Positions 29,800 to 39,075 of a stretch of DNA of 51,841 nt are shown here, piece after piece (the first letter of the stretch is position 1; each line of letters begins with the position of its first letter). The notes under the pieces were generated by a model. That model was not told where the DNA came from and made no database searches. It worked only from the letters and a program-made list of their open reading frames with translations. The translations under genes and the position numbers were made by a program. Source of the stretch: Casimicrobiaceae bacterium (GTDB taxonomy: Bacteria > Pseudomonadota > Gammaproteobacteria > Burkholderiales > Casimicrobiaceae); contig DASTCK010000025.1 in the NCBI GenBank assembly GCA_035711225.1, positions 1-51,841 on the forward strand, read 5' to 3'.

Positions 29800-30917
29800 T
29801 ACTCCGGCCCCACCGGGGCGCCCCACGCGGGACGTCCCGACAGCGCGAACAGCCACGCGGCCGCGGCCACGGGCCAGAGCAGCAGCACGGTATGCGTGAG
29901 GCCGTTGAAGTTGAGCAGTTGGCCGTAGCGCCAGCTGAACAGCGTGAGCGGCGCGCGCGCCGCCAGCAGGTCGGAGGCGACGAGCGGCGTCAGCAGCGAC
30001 GAGAGCAGCGCGATGCCGGTGATTGCGATCATCGCGGGACGCGGGAGAACGATCGCGGCGAGCAGCGCGAGCGCGCCGACCGCGATGCCGGTCGAGATGC
30101 CCGGCCGCAGCCATCCGTCCCACGCCGCCGGCTTGAGCAAGAGGACCGCCGCGATGCCCTTCAGCATCAACGCCGCGCCGATGAGAAGCAGCACCGCGGC
30201 GCCCGCGTGACGGCGATGGCGCACGAGCAACGCGAGGAACAGGCCGACGCCGAGGACCTGGAACGCGCTCTCGGCCGCTTCGATCACGGCCGCAGCCGCG
30301 TCCGATTCCTGCGCCGCGCCGGCGATCATGCGCTCGGGCGCGGGGTCGTAGGCGATCGCGAACAGCGGGATCGCCGGATTGAGTTGCGCGGCGAGCCACG
30401 CCGCGAGCAGCGCGAGGCCGACGTCGCCGAGCACGCCCGGCAGGAACAGCCCCGTCCGCCAGGCCGACAACATCGCGCGCGCATCGGGCCGCCTCGCGAT
30501 CGCCGCCGCGAGGGCCGCCCCGAGCGTCGCGCCGATCGTGTTGGAGACGAGGTCGATCACGTTCGCGTCGCGCGGCGGCATCCACGCCTGCAGCGATTCC
30601 ATCGCGAACGACATCGCGAATCCGACCGAGGCCCCGAGTGCGACGCGCATCGCGGGCGCCGCGCGCCGCGGCATGAGCGCGACGAAGGCCCCGAGCGGCA
30701 GGTAGGCGACCAGGTTCGCGATGACGTCGAAGCGCGGCGAGCGCAGGTGGCCCGGCGTGAACAGCCAGAACGGCGCGCCGTCCGGCGGCGCGATCCACTC
30801 GCCGAACGGCTGCAGGCTCGCGAACACGATCGCCAGCGCATACACGGCGGCGAACCAGTGGGGCAGCGTCGAACGGGCGACCTTCCCTGCCGGCGCCGTC
30901 GGCGCGGGAGCGTTCAC
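29799..30917 (-). CDS. VanZ family membrane protein
   Basis: Y...IV.ASL.PF, DVIANLVAYLPLG, ESLQ.W.P.R....DL.SN; GTGA overlap with upstream gene. Confidence 0.85.
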   Translation of the reverse strand: MNAPAPTAPAGKVARSTLPHWFAAVYALAIVFASLQPFGEWIAPPDGAPFWLFTPGHLRSPRFDVIANLVAYLPLGAFVALMPRRAAPAMRVALGASVGFAMSFAMESLQAWMPPRDANVIDLVSNTIGATLGAALAAAIARRPDARAMLSAWRTGLFLPGVLGDVGLALLAAWLAAQLNPAIPLFAIAYDPAPERMIAGAAQESDAAAAVIEAAESAFQVLGVGLFLALLVRHRRHAGAAVLLLIGAALMLKGIAAVLLLKPAAWDGWLRPGISTGIAVGALALLAAIVLPRPAMIAITGIALLSSLLTPLVASDLLAARAPLTLFSWRYGQLLNFNGLTHTVLLLWPVAAAAWLFALSGRPAWGAPVGPE

Positions 30918-31540
30918 GTCGCCAGGCCGGCGGACGCGAGGCGCTTGCGCACCACCGCGAGGTCCGCGGTCTCCGTGACTGTCGTGAACCCGCGCGAGGC
31001 GAACAGCGCCGCCGGTCCGTGGTAGTGATCGGCGGGCGACACGCTGTCGCCCGCCTTGAACGGAAACGCGTCGACGATCGCGATCCCGCGCGCGGCGAGG
31101 TCGGCGAGCGCGCCGTCGAGCAACGCGCCCGCGACGCCGCGCCGCCGCCACGCGGGCGCGATCACGAAGCAGACGATCAGCGCGGCGTCATGCGGCGGGA
31201 CGTCGATAGGCGGCGGCTCCACGCCGAGTCGCTCGAGCGCATGCGGCAGCTTGTGGCGCGGCGCGGCGTGCAGCCACCCGACGGTCTCCGCGCCTGCGCG
31301 CGCGAGGTAGCCCTCGGCCTCGCCGCACGAAATCGCCGCGCCCGCGGCGAGGCGGTTCTGGTCGCCGTTCAGCGTCTTCCAGTCGATCGCGGGGGCGGTG
31401 CGGTAGAACTGGCAGTAGCAGCGCGCCCAGCCGGGATTGTCGGCGAACGCGGGCCCGCGCTCGTGATCGAAGAACGCGAGGTACGCCTCGCGCGTCGCCG
31501 GCGAGAGGCGGTCGACCGTGACCGTCGCGCTGTCCTGCAT
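30914..31540 (-). CDS. GNAT family acetyltransferase
   Basis: W..CYC, IVCFVIAP.WRRRGVA..LL, YHGP..LF...GF. Confidence 0.85.
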   Translation of the reverse strand: MQDSATVTVDRLSPATREAYLAFFDHERGPAFADNPGWARCYCQFYRTAPAIDWKTLNGDQNRLAAGAAISCGEAEGYLARAGAETVGWLHAAPRHKLPHALERLGVEPPPIDVPPHDAALIVCFVIAPAWRRRGVAGALLDGALADLAARGIAIVDAFPFKAGDSVSPADHYHGPAALFASRGFTTVTETADLAVVRKRLASAGLAT

Positions 31541-31560
31541 CGTGCGATCATCGCACGCCC

Positions 31561-31594
31561 ACACCGGGGTCGGATTCGAATCTGGCCCCGGTGT
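31561..31594. repeat. Single REP-like palindrome (family A), may act as terminator of the pot operon
   Basis: ACACCGGGGTCGGATTCGAATCTGGCCCCGGTGT imperfect palindrome. Confidence 0.75.
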
Positions 31595-31598
31595 CGGC

Positions 31599-32672
31599 TC
31601 AGCGAGCGGCCTTGATCTCGGTCCAGAGCCGGTTGCGCAGGCGCCGCTGCGCGGCGGTGAGCTCGTTCAGCTGCTCGAGCTTCGCGGCGACGTCCTTCGG
31701 CGGGAACACGGCCGGCAACGCCTTGAGCTCGGGCTTGATCGTCTTCGCGGCCTCGAGGTTCGGGTTGCCCGACCCGATCAGGTTCGTGAGCTCGGCGGAG
31801 TTGCGGCCCTCGAGCATGAAGTTGATGAACTTGTGCGCGAGGTCGGGGCGCGGCGCCGCCTTGTGGATCACCATGTTGTCGACCGCGAGCACCGCCCCCT
31901 CCTTCGGCATGCCCTGCAGGATCCTGAACTTGCGCCCCGCGGCCTTCGCATCCTGGTTCGCCTGGAAGATGTCGTTGCTGTAGCCGTGCACGAGCCAGAT
32001 GTTGCCGACCGTCAGCTCCTTGATGTACGACGACGCGTTGAACGCCGCCCAGTACGGCTTCGCCTTCTTGATGAGGTCGGCGGCTTCGCGCCAGTGCTTC
32101 TCGTCGACGTCGTTCGCCGGGTAGCCCAGGTACTTGAACGCGGCGGCGAAGAGCTCGGCGGAGCTGTCGAGCACCGTGACGCGACCCTTCACCTTGGCGA
32201 GGTACCTGGGGTCGAAGATCACCGCCCACGTGTCGGTGGGCAGCCCGAGCTCCTTCATCTTCTCGTCGTTGTAGCCGAGGATCGTCGTCGACATCGCGTA
32301 GGGCACCGAGTACTTGTTGCCCGGGTCCCATGCCGTGTTGAGGTACGCGGGGTCGACGTTCTTCAGGTTCGGGAGCTTCGACTTGTCGAGCGGCTGGAGC
32401 TGGCCGCCCTTGATGAGCGCCTCGACCGTGTTGCCGGTCGGCACCATGACGTCGTAGCCCTTGGCGCCGGCGGCGAGCTTGGCGAGGAGCTCCTCGTTGT
32501 CCGAGTAGTAGGTCTGGACGACCTCGCACTTGCACTCGGCCTCGAAGCGCTTGACCGTTTCCGGGGCGATGTAGTTGTTCCAGTTGTAGAGGTGCAGCTT
32601 GTCGGCGGCCGCGGCCGGAAGGGCGAGCGCGGCGAGCAGGACGAACGGGGCGGCGAGCGTGCGGAGCGTCAT
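31599..32672 (-). CDS. potD: Polyamine ABC transporter substrate-binding protein (PotD/PotF family)
   Basis: LYNWNNYI, GYDV.VPT, DPGNKYSVPY, PKEG....VDNM. Confidence 0.88.
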   Translation of the reverse strand: MTLRTLAAPFVLLAALALPAAAADKLHLYNWNNYIAPETVKRFEAECKCEVVQTYYSDNEELLAKLAAGAKGYDVMVPTGNTVEALIKGGQLQPLDKSKLPNLKNVDPAYLNTAWDPGNKYSVPYAMSTTILGYNDEKMKELGLPTDTWAVIFDPRYLAKVKGRVTVLDSSAELFAAAFKYLGYPANDVDEKHWREAADLIKKAKPYWAAFNASSYIKELTVGNIWLVHGYSNDIFQANQDAKAAGRKFRILQGMPKEGAVLAVDNMVIHKAAPRPDLAHKFINFMLEGRNSAELTNLIGSGNPNLEAAKTIKPELKALPAVFPPKDVAAKLEQLNELTAAQRRLRNRLWTEIKAAR

Positions 32673-32679
32673 GGGGCAC

Positions 32680-33456
32680 CTATTCCGTGCGAAGGAGGCT
32701 GGGGGAGATCCGGGTCGCGACGACGATGAGGACCAACGTCAGGAGCATCAGCAGCGTTGACACCGCGTTGACCTCAGGCGTCACGGCGATCTTGATCATC
32801 GAGTAGATCTGGAGCGGCAGCGTCACCGTCCCGGCGCCTGCGGTGAAGAACGTGATGACGAAGTCGTCGATCGACAGCGTGAACGCCATCAGGGCGCCGG
32901 CGACGACGCCGGGCATGATCAGCGGGAGCGTGACGCGCCGGAAGGCCTGCCAGGGCGTGGCGCCGCAGTCGCGCGCCGCCTCGATCAGGCTCTCGTCCAT
33001 GCCGGCGAGACGGGCGCGCACGACGATGGCGACGAAGCCGATGCAGAACGCGATGTGCGCCAGCGCGACCGAGACCAGCCCAAGCGTGACGTTGAGCAAC
33101 ACGAAGAAGATCAGCAGCGCGACGCCCATCAGGATCTCGGGGATCGCGATCGGCGTCAGCACCAGGATCGGCAGCACGCGCAGCCGGTAGCGGTGCATGG
33201 CGACGCCGGCCATCGTGCCGAGCGCCGTCGACACGACGCTCGCGACCATCGCGATGGCGAGCGAGTTGCCCGCCGCGGCGATCATCTCGTCGTTCTGCGC
33301 GAGCTTGCGGTACCAGTCGAGCGTGAAGCCGACCCACTCGGCGTTCAGGCGCGAGTCGTTGAACGAGTAGACGACGACGATCGCGAGCGGCAGGTAGAGG
33401 AACGCGTAGGCGGCGATCGCCGCCGTCCACAGCGCGGCCTTGCGCCGGCTACGCAC
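32680..33456 (-). CDS. potC: Polyamine ABC transporter permease
   Basis: FLYLP...VVYSFN, EAARDCGA, SIDDFVITFF, TPEVNA. Confidence 0.9.
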   Translation of the reverse strand: MRSRRKAALWTAAIAAYAFLYLPLAIVVVYSFNDSRLNAEWVGFTLDWYRKLAQNDEMIAAAGNSLAIAMVASVVSTALGTMAGVAMHRYRLRVLPILVLTPIAIPEILMGVALLIFFVLLNVTLGLVSVALAHIAFCIGFVAIVVRARLAGMDESLIEAARDCGATPWQAFRRVTLPLIMPGVVAGALMAFTLSIDDFVITFFTAGAGTVTLPLQIYSMIKIAVTPEVNAVSTLLMLLTLVLIVVATRISPSLLRTE

Positions 33457-34348
33457 GGGCGATCTCCGCGCCGCCGCGCCGCCCGACCCAGGCGGCGAGG
33501 CCCGCCAGCGCGAGCGCCGCGACGGTCAGCACGATCGACAGCACGCTGCCGAACGGCCAGTCGCGCGTCTCGAGGAACTGCTGCTTGATCAGGTTGCCGA
33601 TCAGGCTGTCGTTGGGGCCGCCGAGGATGTCCGGGATCGCGAAGATGCCGAGCGCCGGGATGAAGACCAGCGCGGCGCCCGCGTAGACGCCGGGCAGTGA
33701 AAGCGGGAACGTGATGCGCCAGAAGCGCTGCCACCCGTTCGCGCCGAGGTCCTGCGCGGCGTCGAGCAGCGCGCGGTCGTGCTTCTCGAGGTTCGCGTAG
33801 AGCGGGAGCACCATGAACGGAAGGTGCACGTAGACGAGGCACACGAGGACGGCGAACGAGCTGAACAGGAGCGGCACCGGCTCCGCGCCGAACGTCGAGA
33901 GCACGCCGTTGACCGCCTTCGCGAGCGCCGCGTTGGGGCCGAGGATGATCATCCAGGCGTAGACCCGGATCAGGAAATTGCTCCAGAACGGCAGGATCAC
34001 GAGCAGCAGCATCAGGTCCCGGTACTTCCTCGGGCTCTGCGCGATCAGCACGGCGAGCGGGTAGGCGAGCAGCAGGCACGCGAGCGTCGTGACGAGCGCA
34101 TAGACGACCGACTTCGCGAAGACCTCGAGGTAGACGGTGTCCTCGAGGAGGCGCGCGTAGCTCTCGAGGTTGACGTCGACGCGCCCATCCGGGCCGACCA
34201 GCGGCGCGAGCCCGCCGAAGTCGCCGGGCGAGCGGAACGACGCCATCACCATGATGAGCGTCGGGATCGCGAAGAACACGACGAGGTAGGCGAGCGGTGG
34301 CCCGGTTACCGCCCACCGCTCCCAGCGCGAGTCGCGACGTGCGCTCAT
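33449..34348 (-). CDS. potB: Polyamine ABC transporter permease
   Basis: LPFWSNFLIR.YAW, YVHLPFMVLPLY, DAAQDLGA, RDWPFGS. Confidence 0.9.
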   Translation of the reverse strand: MSARRDSRWERWAVTGPPLAYLVVFFAIPTLIMVMASFRSPGDFGGLAPLVGPDGRVDVNLESYARLLEDTVYLEVFAKSVVYALVTTLACLLLAYPLAVLIAQSPRKYRDLMLLLVILPFWSNFLIRVYAWMIILGPNAALAKAVNGVLSTFGAEPVPLLFSSFAVLVCLVYVHLPFMVLPLYANLEKHDRALLDAAQDLGANGWQRFWRITFPLSLPGVYAGAALVFIPALGIFAIPDILGGPNDSLIGNLIKQQFLETRDWPFGSVLSIVLTVAALALAGLAAWVGRRGGAEIARA

Positions 34349-34355
34349 CGCCGCG

Positions 34356-35438
34356 TCATTCCGGGATCGTGTGGCCGGCGTCGACGGCCCACGAGAGCTC
34401 GACCGCATCGCCGACCTCGAAGAACTTCGCGCGCCCGCTCTGCGAGTTCGCGAGGAGCGCCTCGAGGCGCGCACCGCCTTCGGTCTCCACCTTGTAGACC
34501 GTGACGTCGCCCATGTAGAGGAAATCCGCCACGCGCCCGCGCACGTGGTTTTCCGGCGTGTCCGGCGGGGTGGAAGCGAGGATGCGGATCTTCTCCGGAC
34601 GCAGCGCCACCGTTCCGCGTGTCCCTTCGGAAGCGCCCGGCGCCATCGTGCGCACGCGCCCGATGCCGGGCACGTCGAGCGTGGCGACGCTGCCGTCCCG
34701 GGCGACGACCGGCCCGGACAGCAGGTTGCACTGACCGATGAAGTCGGCGACGAAGCGCGTCGCGGGCGACCCGTAGATGCGCGAGGGCTCGTCGAGCTGC
34801 TCGACGCGCCCGTGGTTCATCACGGCGATCCGGTGCGACAGCGCGAGCGCCTCGGTCTGGTCGTGCGTCACGTAGACGAACGTGATGCCGACCTCGCGCT
34901 GCAGGTTGATGAGCTCGATCTGCATCTCCTCGCGCAGCTTCGCGTCGAGCGCGGCGAGGGGCTCGTCGAGCAGCAGCACCGCCGGATGCGTCACCAGCGC
35001 GCGGGCGATCGCGACGCGCTGGCGCTGGCCACCCGATAGCTCGTGCGGCATGCGCTTGCCGAAGCCCGTCAGCCGCACGTCCTCGAGCGCGCCGGCGATC
35101 CGCGAGGGCATCTCGGCGGCCGGGACGCGCGCCATCTGGAGCGGGAACGCGACGTTGCCCTCGACGGTCATGTGCGGGAACAGCGCGTAGCTCTGGAACA
35201 CCGTGCGCACGTTGCGGCGCTCCGGCGGCCGGTCGGCCAGGTCCTGGCCGTCGAGCACGATCCGCCCGGCGTCCGGCAGGTCGAAGCCGGCGACCATCCG
35301 CAGGAGCGTGGTCTTGCCGCAGCCGGAGGGACCGAGCAGCGTGAAGAACTCGCCGGCCTCGATCGCCAGGCTGACGCCGTCGACGGCCGTGAAGTCGCCG
35401 AACCGGCGCGTGACACCCTGGATTTCGAGCAGCGCCAC
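34356..35438 (-). CDS. potA: Polyamine ABC transporter ATP-binding protein
   Basis: GPSGCGKTT, VFQSYALFPH, LSGGQRQR, TOBE domain; GTG start. Confidence 0.92.
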   Translation of the reverse strand: MALLEIQGVTRRFGDFTAVDGVSLAIEAGEFFTLLGPSGCGKTTLLRMVAGFDLPDAGRIVLDGQDLADRPPERRNVRTVFQSYALFPHMTVEGNVAFPLQMARVPAAEMPSRIAGALEDVRLTGFGKRMPHELSGGQRQRVAIARALVTHPAVLLLDEPLAALDAKLREEMQIELINLQREVGITFVYVTHDQTEALALSHRIAVMNHGRVEQLDEPSRIYGSPATRFVADFIGQCNLLSGPVVARDGSVATLDVPGIGRVRTMAPGASEGTRGTVALRPEKIRILASTPPDTPENHVRGRVADFLYMGDVTVYKVETEGGARLEALLANSQSGRAKFFEVGDAVELSWAVDAGHTIPE

Positions 35439-35628
35439 GGGCGCGGTCCTCCGCCACTGCGGTCTGTTGCGTGCGCCGGATTGTAAGGCATCCCGCACTG
35501 CGTCATGGCTCGCCGGGGCGGCGGCACGACCCTTGCATGAGAGACGTCCTCGGGTTCGAAGACGCGCGGTATCGGCGCGTCCGGATGGCCGAGGAGGCCG
35601 CCGTGCCCCCTGTGCTACCTTCGAGACG

Positions 35629-36375
35629 ATGAGCGCCACCAAGCCCAACGGATCGCTGCTGGAGACGCTGCGTGCCCAGTCGGATGCCGTCCGCGGGCAG
35701 GGCGACGCCGCGCGCCGGCCGGTCGAGGAGGCGCTCCGCGAGATCGACCGACGCCTCTGGCGGGCGTTCAAGTGGCTCGACGAGGCGATCGCCCACCTCG
35801 AGGTGATCAAGCCGGTCACCGCCCACGAGTTCCGCGCGGGCGACCTCCTGACGATCAGCTCGCCGAAGTTCGAGAACGGCTTCCTGTCGTTCCGCCGCAA
35901 GCCGGTCGCCGGGCAGGACGCGATCGAGCAGATCGAGTTGTTCTACAAGCTCGCCGGCGACAAGCCGGTGACGCTCCGCGTGCCCGCTCCGCAGGTGAGC
36001 GCTGTCGAGAGCCGGCTTGCCGCCTGCCAGCTCCGCTACCAGTACCGCACCGAGATGGACGAGACGCGGACGCAGCGGTTCGGCGTGTTCAGCGTCGAGC
36101 AGGGTGTCGTCGCGCTCGTCCGCTTCGTGCCCGATTACCGGCGCCAGACGGTCGAGGTCACGATGCGCAACGTCGACCGCTTCGAGTCGGTCGCGCTCGA
36201 GTTCCAGGCGGCCGCGCTCGAGGAGCCGGCGCTCGAGGACCTCGTCCGCCTGATCCTGGGCGAAGCCAACACGTTCCTGCGCCGCGCGCCGCTCGCCGGC
36301 GTCGGCGCCGCGCGTCGTGCGCCCGAGCTCGCCGCCGAGGTCTACCGGGTCGAGAAGACCGTCCGGCCGCGCTAG
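35629..36375 (+). CDS. Hypothetical protein (248 aa)
   Basis: Strong codon bias, globular composition, TGcTACCTT extended -10-like motif 7 nt before ATG. Confidence 0.8.
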   Translation: MSATKPNGSLLETLRAQSDAVRGQGDAARRPVEEALREIDRRLWRAFKWLDEAIAHLEVIKPVTAHEFRAGDLLTISSPKFENGFLSFRRKPVAGQDAIEQIELFYKLAGDKPVTLRVPAPQVSAVESRLAACQLRYQYRTEMDETRTQRFGVFSVEQGVVALVRFVPDYRRQTVEVTMRNVDRFESVALEFQAAALEEPALEDLVRLILGEANTFLRRAPLAGVGAARRAPELAAEVYRVEKTVRPR

Positions 36376-36481
36376 TCAGCGGTCTGACGTCGGGCTCTGA
36401 TGTCGGGGTCTGACCCCGGCTTCATCGAGGTCTGACCCCGGTGTCGACGTCGGAATCTGAATCCGGTGTCGGCTCGACCCG
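36376..36481. repeat. REP-like cluster (family A, inverted orientation)
   Basis: GGTCTGACCCCGGCTTCATCG (36407-36427) is close to the reverse complement of the 29666 unit; second GGTCTGACCCCGG at 36429; between convergent genes. Confidence 0.8.
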
Positions 36482-38029
36482 TCACCCCCCTCGCCGCACC
36501 AGCAGCTCCACCAGCACCAGCACCAGCAGCACCGCGACGATCGCGAGCCAGCGGTTGCGCGTGCGCTGCGCGGCCGCGAGCTCCATCAGGGCGAGGTCGC
36601 TGGCCGGCGGCGGCGCCTGGAGCTTCTGGTGGATGAGGCGCGGCAGCTCCGGCAGCGCCGCGATCAGGTAGGGCGCCTCGGCCTCGAAGCGGCGGGCGAG
36701 CGCGCGCGGGCCGATCTGGTCTTCCATCCAGCGCTCGAGGAACGGCATCGCGGTCGTCCACAGGTCGAGGTCGGGGTCGAGCTGCCGGCCGAGGCCCTCG
36801 ACGTTCAGCAGCGTCTTCTGCAGCAGCGTGAGCTGCGGCTGGATCTCGACGTTGAAGCGCCGCGACGCGCTGAAGAGCTGGACCAGAACCTTGCCGAGCG
36901 AGATCTGCGACAGCGGCCGGTCGAAGATCGGCTCGCACACGACGCGGATCTCGGCCTCGAGCTCGTCGACGCGCGTGCCCGGCGGCACCCATCCTGACTC
37001 GACGTGCGCGGTCGCGACACGGTGGTAGTCGCGGCGGAAGAACGCGAGGAAGTTGACCGCGAGGTAGCGCTTGTCGACGTCCGACAGCGTGCCGACGATG
37101 CCGAAGTCGACCGCGACGTACTTGCCGTGGTTCGGCGGGTCGACCGCGACGAAGATGTTGCCCGGGTGCATGTCCGCGTGGAAGAAGCCGTCGCGGAACA
37201 CCTGCGTGAAGAAGATCTCGACGCCCGCCCGCGCGAGGCGCCTGAGGTCGATCCCGGCGGTGCGCAGCTCGTCGATGCGGCCGATCGGGATGCCCGCCAT
37301 GCGTTCCATCACGAGCACCTCGCGCTCGGTGTAGTCCCACCAGATCTCCGGGACCAGGAGCAGCGGCGAGTGGCGGAAGTTGCGTCGCAGCTGCGAGCAG
37401 TTCGCGGCCTCGCGCGTGAGGTCGAGCTCGTCGCGCATCGTCTTCTCGAACTCGGCGACGACCGCGCGCGGCTTCAGGCGCTTGCCGTCCGACCACAGCC
37501 GCTCGACGAGCATCGCGGCGGTGTCCATCAGCGCGAGGTCGTTCTCGATGACGCTCGCGATCGCCGGCCGGAGGACCTTGACGGCGACCGGCGTCGGCGC
37601 GCCGCCGTCCTTCGCGGGGACCTCGGCGAAATGCACCTGCGCGACCGACGCGCTGGCGACCGGCACGCGGTCGAAGCTCGCGAACACCTCGCCGACCGGG
37701 CGGCGGTAGACGCGCTCGAGCGTCGCGATGACCTGCTCGCCCGGGAACGGCGGAACGCGGTCCTGGAGCTTGGCGAGCTCGTCGGCGATGTCGGGCGGCA
37801 GCAGGTCGCGGCGGGTCGACAGCACCTGGCCGAACTTGACGAAGATCGGGCCGAGATCGGTGAGCGCGAGGCGCAGGCGCACCGCGCGCGGCGCCGACAG
37901 GTCGCGCCAGAACATCAGGCCGTTGACGAACGGGCGCAGGCCGCGCACGCGCTCGTGCCCGAGCAGGAACTCGTCGAGCCCGTGCTTCAGCGAGACGTAG
38001 AAGATGCGGAGGAAGCGCAGGAAGCGCAT
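36482..38029 (-). CDS. ubiB: Ubiquinone biosynthesis regulatory kinase UbiB
   Basis: [51 protein letters not shown]. Confidence 0.97.
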   Translation of the reverse strand: MRFLRFLRIFYVSLKHGLDEFLLGHERVRGLRPFVNGLMFWRDLSAPRAVRLRLALTDLGPIFVKFGQVLSTRRDLLPPDIADELAKLQDRVPPFPGEQVIATLERVYRRPVGEVFASFDRVPVASASVAQVHFAEVPAKDGGAPTPVAVKVLRPAIASVIENDLALMDTAAMLVERLWSDGKRLKPRAVVAEFEKTMRDELDLTREAANCSQLRRNFRHSPLLLVPEIWWDYTEREVLVMERMAGIPIGRIDELRTAGIDLRRLARAGVEIFFTQVFRDGFFHADMHPGNIFVAVDPPNHGKYVAVDFGIVGTLSDVDKRYLAVNFLAFFRRDYHRVATAHVESGWVPPGTRVDELEAEIRVVCEPIFDRPLSQISLGKVLVQLFSASRRFNVEIQPQLTLLQKTLLNVEGLGRQLDPDLDLWTTAMPFLERWMEDQIGPRALARRFEAEAPYLIAALPELPRLIHQKLQAPPPASDLALMELAAAQRTRNRWLAIVAVLLVLVLVELLVRRGG

Positions 38030-38062
38030 CCCCCATTCTAAGGGGCGCGGGCGCGAGGCCCC

Positions 38063-38116
38063 GGAACCCGGTTCGGAACCTGGGATCCGGAACCAGGTCG
38101 GGAACCTGGTTCGGAA
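38063..38116. repeat. Tandem 12-bp palindromic units GGAACCNGGTTC
   Basis: Four degenerate units at 38063, 38075, 38089 and 38101. Confidence 0.7.
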
Positions 38117-38125
38117 GCGGGCCCC

Positions 38126-38320
38126 CTACAGCACGAAGCGCGGCTTGCGCTTGCGACGCGCCTCGAGCGGCGACATCGCCGGATCGCCTGCGGTGGCGGA
38201 CGCGGTCGCAGTCGGTGCGGCCGCGGGTGCGGGCGGCGCTCGCCGTCCCCCCGGGGCGGGAGGCGTCGCGCGCGGCGTCGCCGCGTCCGCGCGACGCCGT
38301 CGTCGTCGGTCGGCGCTCAT
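38126..38320 (-). CDS. Small basic low-complexity protein (64 aa), hypothetical
   Basis: ATG overlaps the cytochrome c stop (ATGA); ends RRKRKPRFVL. Confidence 0.45.
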   Translation of the reverse strand: MSADRRRRRRADAATPRATPPAPGGRRAPPAPAAAPTATASATAGDPAMSPLEARRKRKPRFVL

Positions 38321-38859
38321 TGCGGAGGCGCGGGGAACACGACCACCGGCCCGGCGGCGTGCTGTCCCGGCGGGAGCGAGACCGGCGCCGGCTTGCCCGC
38401 CGGTCCGAGCGCGCGAACGTAGCGATAGATCGCGCGGAGATCGTCGTCGGTCATCGCGCGCAGGCTCGGCGAGGGCATCGGCGGGCGGAACGCGCGGGTG
38501 CGCGCCTCGACGAGCCACGCGTCCTCGTCGACCGAGGCGAAGTGCAGCCGCACGTTGGGCGCGTAGGTGGTGCCCCACGGTCCCTGCCAGCCGAGCGCGT
38601 CGCCGGTGAGCCAATCCTTCTCGGGCACCTTGCCCTCGGTGGCCATGTAGCCCGCGGTGTGGCAGTCGTTGCAGCCGGTGGTTGCGATCAGGTAGCGGCC
38701 GCGCGCAAGGGCGTCGCTCGCCTGGGCGCCGGGCACGGGCTTCGCGGCGTGCACGACCGGCGACTGCCCCCAGGCGTGGACGAACGGCGTGATCACGGCG
38801 GCGGCGCCGAGCGCGCCGGTCGCCACCGTGACGATGAACGTCGAGACACGGTTGAACAT
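38317..38859 (-). CDS. Exported monoheme c-type cytochrome
   Basis: Signal peptide, RGRYL...GCNDCH, GPWGTTYAPN, PPMP distal Met, DDDLRAIY.Y; RBS GGAGGAG. Confidence 0.9.
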   Translation of the reverse strand: MFNRVSTFIVTVATGALGAAAVITPFVHAWGQSPVVHAAKPVPGAQASDALARGRYLIATTGCNDCHTAGYMATEGKVPEKDWLTGDALGWQGPWGTTYAPNVRLHFASVDEDAWLVEARTRAFRPPMPSPSLRAMTDDDLRAIYRYVRALGPAGKPAPVSLPPGQHAAGPVVVFPAPPQ

Positions 38860-38894
38860 CGTTGCTCCTCCTTCGGTGTTGGATGTCGACGCGC

Positions 38895-39068
38895 TCACGC
38901 GGTCGACGACAGCGCCATCGCGATGGCGCGCGCGACGTCGACGTCGATCGCGTCGAGCACGTCGCACGGCGCAGCGATCGCGAGGCCCGAGGCGGCGAAC
39001 GCCACCACGAAGATCGCGACGAGCGCGAACGACAGCTCGGCCACCAGTCTTCCCAGCGTGGGTCTCAT
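38895..39068 (-). CDS. Small membrane/exported peptide (57 aa), not in the ORF track
   Basis: MRPTLGRLVAELSFALVAIFVVAFAASGLAIAAPCDVLDAIDVDVARAIAMALSSTA; GAGG RBS; fills the gap between flanking genes. Confidence 0.6.
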   Translation of the reverse strand: MRPTLGRLVAELSFALVAIFVVAFAASGLAIAAPCDVLDAIDVDVARAIAMALSSTA

Positions 39069-39075
39069 GGCCGCC

